This document shows, one piece after another, positions 7,783 to 16,532 of a DNA stretch of 20,000 nt. The position numbers and the translations under genes were made by a program. The stretch comes from an uncultured virus (IMG/VR IMGVR_UViG_3300033153_006255). Taxonomy: Duplodnaviria; Heunggongvirae; Uroviricota; Caudoviricetes. The notes beneath the pieces are model-generated. The model was not told the DNA's origin, did not search any database, and saw only the letters and a list, made by a program, of their open reading frames with translations. The stretch lies in the IMG/VR virus record IMGVR_UViG_3300033153_006255, one strand, 5' to 3'. Each line of letters starts with the position of its first letter. The stretch's first letter is position 1.

Positions 7783-7784
7783 TG

Positions 7785-8441
7785 CTATACAGTCTCTAAT
7801 CTTCTGTTTACTCTTCTACCAGCTTGATGTTGTAAGATTACCGGGTCGTCTACTTTTATATGAGGTATATCCCCGCCTGGAAGTGTTGTTATGTAATGAT
7901 ATTCAATCGGTAACCTAAAAACACTTATGCCATTATACCTGTCTATTGCTACTTGTAAGTGCTCCTGTTCCCATACCTCAGTAGCGTTTACCAATATTCT
8001 AGCTCTCCAATCGTGCACGATATCCAGTGTCTTTTTTTTAGCTCTAAACATACACGTTGCACTATTAAGTTGCTGTTTACCATGGTATCTTGTTGTGTTA
8101 TACCACTTATCCATATCTGTATATCCTACAGCCAAATCATATTCTCCAGGTATATTCTCAAACAGTTTGGGGTATTGCACAAATTCACCATCTACATCAA
8201 CCCACACTACATCTGTGGTGGGATAGTTTATCAACATTTTTTCAATAAACAAGGACTTCAAACCAGTATTTAGCTGCCATGCGCCCAAGCTTTCAATTTC
8301 CTCTACATGATATGGTAAATCATATTTTTTTAAACTTGGGAACAGTTTATCCAAGAACACACCCTCATAGTATTCGCCACTAGTGTAAAACGAACAAACC
8401 ACAAATTTTTTATCTTGTCTTATGTTTTCGTATATTTTCAT
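7785..8441 (-). CDS. GT-A nucleotide-diphospho-sugar transferase (GT77/GT34-like)
   Basis: Start reassigned to 8441 (ATGA overlap). 'SFYT...Y', 'W..N...K..FI', DxD motif 'VVWVDVDG', 'LNS', 'WEQ..L', 'LP.EY', 'PVILQHQA'. Confidence 0.8.
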   Translation of the reverse strand: MKIYENIRQDKKFVVCSFYTSGEYYEGVFLDKLFPSLKKYDLPYHVEEIESLGAWQLNTGLKSLFIEKMLINYPTTDVVWVDVDGEFVQYPKLFENIPGEYDLAVGYTDMDKWYNTTRYHGKQQLNSATCMFRAKKKTLDIVHDWRARILVNATEVWEQEHLQVAIDRYNGISVFRLPIEYHYITTLPGGDIPHIKVDDPVILQHQAGRRVNRRLETV

Positions 8442-9028
8442 TTTCTGAACGCCATTACGCAAACTTCAGCTCTTTGTGGATTTCTTTGTCGTTGTATGAA
8501 ATAGTTACCAACATCAATATTAAATTCTCTACCAACTCCGATTAGTTCTTCTTCGGACCATGCGGAAAGATGGTTTTCAAAATGGTTGTTGTCGCATATA
8601 ACCTTTTTATCTGTCCAATCGCCTATCGGTATACTCAACAGACAGCACTTGTTAGCCCTTTTTATGCTGTTGCGTAGTAATTCCATGCCTTTATCTTTTT
8701 CAAGGTGCTCTACTACATCCCCAAGTATTATTAAATCATAATTTCCAAGAGTTTTTATAACATCACCGGCATTTCCAATGTACACATTATCATAAAAAAG
8801 CTCAATCCACGGAAGTCTCTTTGCATACCCTTCCCACACCTCAATACCATCTATCCTAACTTCCCAATTCTCTGGATACACCCTATTGCCCGGATGTGCT
8901 TCCAATATTTCTCTGCAAAAATATCCCCACTTACCATAACCAAAGCCTATATCTAGCACCGACTTAGGTGATGTTGCGCTTATAGCTTGGACCATAGGTG
9001 TTAATGCAAAATATGATGATGTTGGCAT
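8438..9028 (-). CDS. Class I SAM-dependent methyltransferase
   Basis: 'SVLDIGFGYGKWG', 'IDGIE', 'YDLIILGDVVEHLEK', 'E.H.S.W'. Confidence 0.88.
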   Translation of the reverse strand: MPTSSYFALTPMVQAISATSPKSVLDIGFGYGKWGYFCREILEAHPGNRVYPENWEVRIDGIEVWEGYAKRLPWIELFYDNVYIGNAGDVIKTLGNYDLIILGDVVEHLEKDKGMELLRNSIKRANKCCLLSIPIGDWTDKKVICDNNHFENHLSAWSEEELIGVGREFNIDVGNYFIQRQRNPQRAEVCVMAFRK

Positions 9029-9549
9029 TATTTTTTCCTACCTATAATTTCTATTTCTAAAGGATAACTCTCTGGCTTTTCATAACCAACATACTCGAAG
9101 TTACTTTCTTTAAAAATTCTATAAAAAGATGCTATGCTAAATCCAGCTACATGTGTATTTTCTGGATAATCTTGCCCACCGTATAAATAGTTTATTACGG
9201 TACCAGATTCATAATCATACCTCTTGCAAAGTACCGCTAAGTCTGGTATCTTTAATGTCAATAAACAGCCCGGTTTTAAAATCCTATTCCATTCAGTGAG
9301 AACCCTAATAGTATTAACGTAATCCTTGCCCATCGGTATATGTTCTATAACAGACTCTGCATGTATCTCGTCTACCTCATTATCCTTCCATGGCAACTTC
9401 TTAGATAAATCGCAAACAACGTTAACTGTTTTCGTTTGTCGAATATCTACGTTTACGTATCCATCACTGTTCCAATTCGATGTACCAGCTCCAAATAATA
9501 ACTTTAATTTTCCAGAATCAACATTGCGTATTTTATCAATTAGCGTCAT
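9028..9549 (-). CDS. SAM-dependent methyltransferase (short type-11-like), paralogue of 10109-10666
   Basis: Start 9549 (ATGA overlap). 'LLFGAG', 'YVNVD', 'LPWKDNEVDEIHAESVIEH', 'EWNRILKPG...LKIPD'. Confidence 0.85.
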   Translation of the reverse strand: MTLIDKIRNVDSGKLKLLFGAGTSNWNSDGYVNVDIRQTKTVNVVCDLSKKLPWKDNEVDEIHAESVIEHIPMGKDYVNTIRVLTEWNRILKPGCLLTLKIPDLAVLCKRYDYESGTVINYLYGGQDYPENTHVAGFSIASFYRIFKESNFEYVGYEKPESYPLEIEIIGRKK

Positions 9550-10112
9550 TTTATAGCCCACCAATCGCTTGAACCACCATCTGTCTTTGTTCCTAATACC
9601 AGTTTGTTGCCCTTTTTATCCATTTCAATTTCAATATTTTTGCATTTTATAAATTTATCAACAGCATTTACAACCCCATAAGAATTTATATACGTAGGAG
9701 AATGTTTATCTAAACTCACCCAATCTTTTCTATAATCATGTCCACAGAGAACTCCGCCCACTTTAACCTTTTTATACCAAACAATACAATCTCGCAAAAC
9801 ATCTATAAATACATGGCTAGCATCTATGTAGACAAAATCTAAAGAGTTATCATCAAATGATAATGCTGCTTCTAGCGATGGCCGTAAATGCCATTTGACC
9901 CTATCATTAAACATTTGAAGTTTTATTCTAGCATCACCATGATTAGAAATGTTTTTTGCACTATAGTTATCTACTAAATGTAATGTTTTAAGCTCTTTCC
10001 AGTCGTGTAATATTTCACAAGCATGGACACCTTGGTCTACCCCAACTTCTACTCCAACTATATCCTTTCTATCATTGCTAGCTTCTTTTGCTTTCCACAT
10101 TGCTACTCTCAT
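9546..10112 (-). CDS. SAM-dependent methyltransferase (Methyltransf_24-like)
   Basis: Start 10112 (ATGA overlap). 'GVEVGVDQG', 'LVD', 'SLDFVYIDASH', 'W..KVKVGGVLCGHDY', 'GV..AV'. Confidence 0.88.
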   Translation of the reverse strand: MRVAMWKAKEASNDRKDIVGVEVGVDQGVHACEILHDWKELKTLHLVDNYSAKNISNHGDARIKLQMFNDRVKWHLRPSLEAALSFDDNSLDFVYIDASHVFIDVLRDCIVWYKKVKVGGVLCGHDYRKDWVSLDKHSPTYINSYGVVNAVDKFIKCKNIEIEMDKKGNKLVLGTKTDGGSSDWWAIK

Positions 10113-10666
10113 GCTATTGCCACAACTCCCATCTCCCATGCTTTATCAGCATCAAGTTCATGTTTATATTTATGTGCATCAACAATCTTCCATTCTTTAA
10201 ACCCAGCCGCCCTTAAACATGCGCCCATTATCCTTTTATCAAATCCAGCCTTGTGATAGTTTTCGTTATATTCGCCACCGCCATACACATAACCGATTAA
10301 ATCAATAGCAGACATATTTCCAGCAATATACTGCTTAAATACCCCCTCAAGATTAGGTACCCGTAGTTTTAGCGTACCTCCAGGCTTGAGAACTCTACGC
10401 CAGTCTTTTAGAACTTTAATAGAGTTAGTCATCCTAAAGGCAGGTGGAACGCCTATAATATTGTGGTTAATGTGTTCTAGGACACTCTCAGCAAGTATCT
10501 CACTTAGAGAGTTGTCTTCGAACGGCAGTGGCGAACCGACATCTAGCACTAAGTCTATATGTGACCACTTCCTAACATCTATATTAATAAAACCAAGGTC
10601 ATGCAAATCAATATGACCAACACCAAATGCTGCCTTACCGTTGTATTTCTTTATCAAAGAACTCAA
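10109..10666 (-). CDS. SAM-dependent methyltransferase (short type-11-like)
   Basis: 'AFGVG', 'FINID', 'LPFEDNS.SEILAESVLEH', 'WRRVLKPGG.LKLRVPN'. Start uncertain: TTG at 10666 or 10657 by comparison with the paralogue; the track's 10747 start overlaps the upstream gene by >100 nt. Confidence 0.82.
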   Translation of the reverse strand: MSSLIKKYNGKAAFGVGHIDLHDLGFINIDVRKWSHIDLVLDVGSPLPFEDNSLSEILAESVLEHINHNIIGVPPAFRMTNSIKVLKDWRRVLKPGGTLKLRVPNLEGVFKQYIAGNMSAIDLIGYVYGGGEYNENYHKAGFDKRIMGACLRAAGFKEWKIVDAHKYKHELDADKAWEMGVVAIA

Positions 10667-11660
10667 TGATTCTTTTTGCGTCTGATTCCCAGTTCCAATA
10701 TTCTCTTGCCCACTGTGCTCCATGCTTACCCTTCTCCCTTGCTTCATTTTGATGTTCTAATATATATTTTAATAAATATGCTAAATGTTCTTTATCTGGT
10801 TCAGCTTGCTTACCAGGAAGATATTCACAATCTATTTCTTTGTATTTTAACGGGTATCCCGTTCTATTGTTAAGATATTCTTTTGGGCCTCCGAAATCAG
10901 TGATGAGTAACGGCATCCCTGTCGCCATAGCTTCCAAACCTGGTAACATAAAACTATCACCATGGGTAGGACACACAAAGCAATCGCAATCAGTGTATAA
11001 ATCAGCGATTTGAGTACGACTGTACTCATCGTGTATGAATCTAACATTATTGCACCTCGATTTTTCTGGTAACTTACCCCATCCCGTTGACTTAACAATT
11101 AATTCACAATCATCTCTATCACCTAGAGTATCTTCAAACACGTATCGTAATTCATTTGTTCCTTTACGCCCTTGTGCAACACCAACAAATAAAAATCTGA
11201 ACTTGTCACTTTTCTTTCTTTCAACATATTTAAATAAATTCGTATCAACACCCTGCCCACCTACGTGTATTGGTATAGTAACACCAGCATCCCTAAAAGC
11301 CTTTTCTGTAAACTTAGATATACATATAGATGCATCAGCTACTTGATTAATATCATTTGCCGCACTCTCTGGTATAAGACTAGAATCCCAACAATTTAAC
11401 GTTACTTTAAATATGTCTCCATGTATTTTTTTAAGAAAGAACATCTGGGTTGGTAAACCCTGATTTATAACAACATCAAACTTATACACCCTATTAATAT
11501 GGTCTACCAAAAACTGTGGACATGAACCATAATGCGCCTTAGTCCATATTGCAAGATTCTGTTGGTTTCTTATAAATCCAGTTGCGTTACCTATAGTAGA
11601 AATGCCCCAGCTTTGCGTATCACCTACATCACCACACAATAGTATATTATAATTCCCCAT
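10635..11660 (-). CDS. GT4-family (GT-B) glycosyltransferase
   Basis: 'GVDTNLF', 'FRFLFVG...RKG', 'LY..CDCFV.PTHGDSFMLPGLEAMATGMP', 'A...G...A....NWE'. Confidence 0.92.
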   Translation of the reverse strand: MGNYNILLCGDVGDTQSWGISTIGNATGFIRNQQNLAIWTKAHYGSCPQFLVDHINRVYKFDVVINQGLPTQMFFLKKIHGDIFKVTLNCWDSSLIPESAANDINQVADASICISKFTEKAFRDAGVTIPIHVGGQGVDTNLFKYVERKKSDKFRFLFVGVAQGRKGTNELRYVFEDTLGDRDDCELIVKSTGWGKLPEKSRCNNVRFIHDEYSRTQIADLYTDCDCFVCPTHGDSFMLPGLEAMATGMPLLITDFGGPKEYLNNRTGYPLKYKEIDCEYLPGKQAEPDKEHLAYLLKYILEHQNEAREKGKHGAQWAREYWNWESDAKRIIEFFDKEIQR

Positions 11661-12723
11661 TTAACAGCGCCCATATCCTTTTTTGAGTATTTTCTAAGTT
11701 ATAAAATCTTGATGCCTCGATTGACTGATTGACTACCTTACTATAAAAATATTTATCCTTCATAAGGCGCGCAGCTATCTCAACCGCACCGCTAACATAA
11801 TAATCCTTAACAGACGTTTCAGGAAAACACATTCGATTTGGAAAATTAGCTATTGTGCCAACCATGGGAATCCCAAGAGCCGCACAATCCTGCGCCAATC
11901 TTCCAACAACCTTGAACGTATACAAATGTATTGCCATATAAGCATTTGATAAATACTCAATAGCATCTTTGTACGGTAATTCATCTACAAGCTCAAAGTC
12001 TTTTGCACCAACATCGTCTATTATTTTACGTAATGCGTCTTTCTTATTTGGTGTAATATAATACATCCATCCCTTAATCTCGGGAAAAAGTTTTTTCAAG
12101 CGTTTATAGACCTCTAAATTTGTGAGTAAATCCCTATTAAAACTTCCCGGATTATTAATACAGACACATATTCCGTTATGCTTCGTTCTGTCTTCTTTAA
12201 TATGCGGATAATGTAACTGTTCTGGATACATAGACCAACCAGTATACGCACACTTACTATGGTTATCAAGAGCAATTCTAAAGGTATCTACTTCATCAAT
12301 ATTTGTGCACATTATATAATCATATAACCGTAATGATTTCACGAATTTATGAAGAACATCTATTGACCAATATGCAAGTTGATGTGTTTGTATATCTGTT
12401 ACACCTATAACCGTGCCATTGAAATTAGGTTTAATGCGTGCTAATAAATCAAAATATTCTGGATATACCGGGTAAATAAAGTAATCATACTGCCTCAATA
12501 TCTGGCTTAACTGTGCATCAGGTATATCTTTTAAGTCATGATAATAATAAAAGTCTGCGCCATCTTTCTTGAACGTTAAAGGAACGCCAGTTATTCCATT
12601 TACCACCTCTGTCTGCTTTATGCCAAACTCACACTTATATGGTGATAAAAAAGCAATGTTCTTATCTTTAAACTTGTCATAGAAAAATTCTACAAAATTA
12701 CTTTGCTGTTCATGATATTCCAT
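11647..12723 (-). CDS. Divergent GT-B glycosyltransferase-like protein
   Basis: Start reassigned to 12723 (TAATG overlap, GGGGG RBS). C-terminal 'LPY....EYLSNAYMAIHL....VGRLAQDCAALGIPMVG' aligns to the GT4 donor-binding region but lacks the canonical E-x7-E. Confidence 0.7.
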   Translation of the reverse strand: MEYHEQQSNFVEFFYDKFKDKNIAFLSPYKCEFGIKQTEVVNGITGVPLTFKKDGADFYYYHDLKDIPDAQLSQILRQYDYFIYPVYPEYFDLLARIKPNFNGTVIGVTDIQTHQLAYWSIDVLHKFVKSLRLYDYIMCTNIDEVDTFRIALDNHSKCAYTGWSMYPEQLHYPHIKEDRTKHNGICVCINNPGSFNRDLLTNLEVYKRLKKLFPEIKGWMYYITPNKKDALRKIIDDVGAKDFELVDELPYKDAIEYLSNAYMAIHLYTFKVVGRLAQDCAALGIPMVGTIANFPNRMCFPETSVKDYYVSGAVEIAARLMKDKYFYSKVVNQSIEASRFYNLENTQKRIWALLNGEL

Positions 12724-15700
12724 TATTTTTCCCCCATTAATTTTGTCAATGATGTCCAATATTGCTTTGCTACATTCATCCAAGAAAAACTTTTCCTTAC
12801 TATCTCACGTTCTTTTTCTGTAACCACCCTGTAATCTCCTTTAAATATTTTGATAATATCAATTACTGTTTCTTTCTGCGTACCCTCTTTGACATATTCT
12901 ACCAAATCACCATACCAATAACGGAATAACGGTGTATCAAAACATATTGGTCTAGAACCACATAGCAATCCTTCTGCTACCGTCTTTTCAAATCCTTCTA
13001 TACGTCTCATGCCTGACGTATAAGAACATGAGTTGTACATGTACCTTAACTGCTCTACAGATAAAAACTTTTTACATACATGATAAGATTTATTCTTTAT
13101 CATTAAATTTGGACCAGTGTGGAATAGTTTCTTGTTTACATCGTCAGCAGCGGCTATAGATTCATATATACCCTCTGATTGCGGCACTACACCAGTATTT
13201 AGTATTATAAATTCATGTCGGTTGTTTGCTACATTAAAGAAATTTCTGTGATTTGTCCCCCATGGACCCCTAACAAAGTTTGTAAGTTCTGGTAACTCTT
13301 TCTGCAAGTCTAAATGCGAGTATACCATTATAGCTTTTTTAAAATATGGTAAATAATCCTGTATATTCTCCTCTGACCACTCCCCCCTACAATGAAAGTT
13401 AATAATAAAATTCTTGCAACTAATGTTTCTAAAATCAGCAAGTTTTGCTATGTCTATCACTTGTAAGTTGGCTTCAGTAGGTGAATCTATAAATTCAATA
13501 TGTGGAGGAGCATATCTTATAATGTTTTTTCTATTATCATCATTCCACATATTTTTTGAGAAGTTTTTATAATACACTTTAAATTTCTCTGGAGATGACT
13601 CAATCGCTTTTATTGCATCTATTATTTTAATACCTGTATTTTCCCACCTATACTCAGGTACCTTATTCTCACCATTATTTTTAATATTATCTGTATATAC
13701 TTTTTTCATAAACTGTATAAGTGAGTTAAAGTCTACATCAAACCATTTTGAGCTAGCTAAGTATACTGGAGATTTATCTGCTGACACTATTTTACCGGGT
13801 AGACCGATAAAGCGTTTCGATTGAGACGCAAAATCCAAATAACCGCCATAATTAGGAGCTATTACCATCATACCACTTGCCAATGAGTTCAGAATTGGCT
13901 GACAGAATCCCTCTGCATGAGATGCTGTTACAAAACAATCACACGATTTATATAAACCAGATAAATCGGGAAAATCATCATGTATAACTTCAATCTCAGG
14001 TATATTATTTCTTCCACGTACCATACTTTCGCATAATTCAGAGGGGTCTGAATTAACATGTCCTGGTTGAGATTTTAATATTAAACACACATCATCGTCG
14101 CTAGTAAATGTAGCAAGATATGCTTGTATAAGTGTTGGTACATTCTTTCTTACATCACCTAAATTACCGAGCATTAAAAACTTATATTTTTTCTTAGTTT
14201 TTAACGGATAAGGTTTAGCGTTACTATCTACTGTAATGCCATTTGGTATAACGGTTATTTTATCAGCATAAGCACCATTGCTTACAAATAAGTTCTTAAC
14301 GAAATTAGAGTTACACCAGAATGCGTCTACGTCCCTATTAATCATATCTATCCAGCTATCTTTAACTTCAGTAAGCTCCCACGGCGAATATGCTATCTTG
14401 ACACGTGCCATAGATTCCTTTACCCTTTTTACGCATTCGTCTGGCATATGATTAATTATTTCAACGTCGTTATATTTTTCTTTATCAATGAGCTGTTGTA
14501 ATTCTTCATCTATTACATATCCTACTGGTTTATCTATTCTAGGAGTAATAGATACACTATGTTTTAATCGATTTAATCCTTTTGCAAAACCAGCTGTTAC
14601 TATACTAAAACCTGTATTTTCATATATAGCACCCTGTATATTAATCTCCTGTTTGTCTCTAACAAACTTTGGGTGTGGTGTATGCACAGGTAATGAATAA
14701 CTCCTTTTTTTCAAAAGAGTGTCTATGGCTGATTCCCACATATTAAATATATTTGACCAATCAAGGGATAGGGCATACTCCCTCCCTTTTCTAGAAATAT
14801 TTTCTCTAAGTTCTGTAGAACGATATAAAATCTCCAAACCCCGAGCTAAATCACTGGTATCTACGAGAGCCCTTTCTACATTATATTGTCCAGTGATGTA
14901 TGTAGCAACTTTAGCCAACAGGCCCCTACCATCTGCAAAGTGTTCTGGAAACGTAGTATAATTAGTTCCTATACACGGTATACCACATGACATTGCCTCA
15001 ACTGTAGTTAATCCCCAACCCTCACCCTGTGCAGACGACATCTTGATATCACAACAATTATATAACCCAACAAGTTCTTGTAATGGCACACCTTTTTCTA
15101 CAGTTATATTTTGATTAATGAGTATACTTTGTTTTATATCATAACGATTTGTTATACCATTTGGTCCTAAGAGAAATTTATTTTGCTGCATTGAGTGAGT
15201 ATCATTTATATCCATATGAAGATATAAATCACAATTATCAATCTTATGCATTTTTTTAAACTTCGCAAATGCTTCTATTGCTCTTGGTATCTGCTTTCTA
15301 TCTTGATATCTGTCAAAGACCCCTACTACAAATTTCCCTTCAGTAGATGGAAGATACTTTTTACGCAATGCGCTCTTATCAGGGTATGGTCTAAATGTTT
15401 GAGTATTAATACCACGTGGTATCTTTTTTATATATACCCTGGGATTAATGTCGTGACATACTTTCAGCCCATAATCACTCATTACTACTGGTAAATCAGC
15501 TTTTTTAATTAAATCTATCCATTCAACTGGTACCGGTTCACCATCTATCGGAAACTCGTGTATAAATTTAAACTCTTTTCTATTCGGCGAGAAGTAGATA
15601 AAGTCACACATCCATATATCGCCTATTGCTAATACTATATTTGGTTTAAACTCTTCTAAAACTTGTTCAAATGGAGAGTTTTCATAATTACCAGTTGGAT

Positions 15701-15956
15701 TTTCATAATTCCCATTCCATCCAAGTGGATGACCATATGGATTTTTTGCATCGCTAGTTGTATATTGTTTCCAAGGAAATTTCCATTTTATTCTACGTTG
15801 TTTAGCTGAATTCCAAAACCATCCGAACTGTGCAACTTCATACTTTCCACTAAGGTTTAATCTATAACATATCTCTCTTGCTGCAACACCCATACCTGTA
15901 TCTATTGCTGCTGAATCGCTTACTAAGAGTATCTTTGGCTTATTCATATTCCCCAT
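12723..15956 (-). CDS. Tri-modular GT4 (GT-B) glycosyltransferase, 1077 aa
   Basis: Three donor-binding motifs: 'QGEGWGLTTVEAMSCGIP', 'HAEGFCQPILNSLASG', 'RIEGFEKTVAEGLLCG', each followed by a terminal 'W' helix. Start 15956 or 15947. Confidence 0.92.
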   Translation of the reverse strand: MGNMNKPKILLVSDSAAIDTGMGVAAREICYRLNLSGKYEVAQFGWFWNSAKQRRIKWKFPWKQYTTSDAKNPYGHPLGWNGNYENPTGNYENSPFEQVLEEFKPNIVLAIGDIWMCDFIYFSPNRKEFKFIHEFPIDGEPVPVEWIDLIKKADLPVVMSDYGLKVCHDINPRVYIKKIPRGINTQTFRPYPDKSALRKKYLPSTEGKFVVGVFDRYQDRKQIPRAIEAFAKFKKMHKIDNCDLYLHMDINDTHSMQQNKFLLGPNGITNRYDIKQSILINQNITVEKGVPLQELVGLYNCCDIKMSSAQGEGWGLTTVEAMSCGIPCIGTNYTTFPEHFADGRGLLAKVATYITGQYNVERALVDTSDLARGLEILYRSTELRENISRKGREYALSLDWSNIFNMWESAIDTLLKKRSYSLPVHTPHPKFVRDKQEINIQGAIYENTGFSIVTAGFAKGLNRLKHSVSITPRIDKPVGYVIDEELQQLIDKEKYNDVEIINHMPDECVKRVKESMARVKIAYSPWELTEVKDSWIDMINRDVDAFWCNSNFVKNLFVSNGAYADKITVIPNGITVDSNAKPYPLKTKKKYKFLMLGNLGDVRKNVPTLIQAYLATFTSDDDVCLILKSQPGHVNSDPSELCESMVRGRNNIPEIEVIHDDFPDLSGLYKSCDCFVTASHAEGFCQPILNSLASGMMVIAPNYGGYLDFASQSKRFIGLPGKIVSADKSPVYLASSKWFDVDFNSLIQFMKKVYTDNIKNNGENKVPEYRWENTGIKIIDAIKAIESSPEKFKVYYKNFSKNMWNDDNRKNIIRYAPPHIEFIDSPTEANLQVIDIAKLADFRNISCKNFIINFHCRGEWSEENIQDYLPYFKKAIMVYSHLDLQKELPELTNFVRGPWGTNHRNFFNVANNRHEFIILNTGVVPQSEGIYESIAAADDVNKKLFHTGPNLMIKNKSYHVCKKFLSVEQLRYMYNSCSYTSGMRRIEGFEKTVAEGLLCGSRPICFDTPLFRYWYGDLVEYVKEGTQKETVIDIIKIFKGDYRVVTEKEREIVRKSFSWMNVAKQYWTSLTKLMGEK

Positions 15957-16030
15957 TCCCCTATATTGTGAGCCATGAGAGGGATAGCAGGGGAACTACC
16001 CCTCTCCGCACGGGCACTATGCGTAGGCTC
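15956..16030 (-). promoter_or_regulatory. Candidate cis-regulatory structured RNA (three-way junction with loop complementary to the RBS)
   Basis: Minus-strand RNA GAGCC-UA-CGCAU-AGUGCCC-GUGCG-GAGAGGGGUAG-UUCCCCUG-CUAUCCCUCUC-AU-GGCUC. Loop UUCCCCU is complementary to AGGGGAA at 15962-15956. GC-rich within an AT-rich genome. Confidence 0.55.
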
Positions 16031-16035
16031 TGATT

Positions 16036-16473
16036 TTAATTCGACGGTCCTGGTGATAAATATCCTGCAATGGTTACTGTTATTCCACCAGCTACATTGG
16101 TTATAACATCTAAATCTTGGCCTGAAGTTACTACTAATGGACACGATTTATCAAATCCTACTGAGAGTATATCTTTTGCAGCAAAATGCACTTCTTCCAT
16201 TATTGTATTAACAGCTGAAGCATCATCTTGTAGCTTGGCACTTAATGCTCCACTAGCACTAATCACAAGTGTGGTTATATTCATTTGATTGCCTACTACT
16301 GCTTCTTTTACCTGTGTAGCTGAAGTTGCATCAAAAGATTGCATAGTTGCTTGAAAATACTCATTACTAATACCGCTAGAAGCAAGACTGTTATCTACTC
16401 TTAATCTTCCATCTTGCGTTACAAGTGCTGGATAACGATTTCCATCGCCACCTCTAATTATACTTGTACTCAT
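16036..16473 (-). CDS. Small acidic beta-rich protein, probable virion decoration/structural protein
   Basis: 145 aa, Ser/Thr/Ala/Val-rich, strand-like segments ('ITTLVISA', 'ITVTIAGY'); RBS AAGGAG. Confidence 0.6.
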   Translation of the reverse strand: MSTSIIRGGDGNRYPALVTQDGRLRVDNSLASSGISNEYFQATMQSFDATSATQVKEAVVGNQMNITTLVISASGALSAKLQDDASAVNTIMEEVHFAAKDILSVGFDKSCPLVVTSGQDLDVITNVAGGITVTIAGYLSPGPSN

Positions 16474-16485
16474 ATTGTTCTCCTT

Positions 16486-16532
16486 ATTGCGTGAGCAACC
16501 TTCGCGCCGCTGCCCCTATCCGCGAGGAGGTT
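16486..16532 (-). promoter_or_regulatory. GC-rich intergenic stem-loop(s) upstream of an RBS
   Basis: AACCU-CC-UCGCG / CGCGA-AGGUU stem (16532-16497) plus a small overlapping UUGC-UCAC-GCAA hairpin directly before AAGGAG; no U-tract. Confidence 0.35.

Noticed and set aside
10667..12783. Extended N-termini given by the ORF track (10747, 12783; likewise 2012, 8462, 9564, 10139)
   Set aside because: They overlap upstream genes extensively; internal starts giving ATGA/TAATG coupling or matching the paralogue fit better.
15679..15713. 21-nt-period duplication encoding GNYENPT-GNYENSP in the large GT
   Set aside because: Only two imperfect in-frame copies in a probable loop; not an array or CRISPR.
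1949..15956. Ordinary bacterial O-antigen/capsule locus
   Set aside because: No wzx/wzy/wzm/wzt, initiating phosphoglycosyltransferase or NDP-sugar epimerase/dehydratase is recognisable, and the block is continuous with phage structural genes on both sides.
15970..16030. Intrinsic terminator, tRNA or hammerhead interpretation of the hairpins
   Set aside because: No U-tract on the coding strand, no cloverleaf or T-loop, and no CUGAUGA/GAAA core.
15944..16144. 66-aa minus-strand ORF spanning the structured leader
   Set aside because: Overlaps the 145-aa gene out of frame with no clear RBS; better explained by the GC-rich RNA element lacking stops. A leader-peptide role is not fully excluded.
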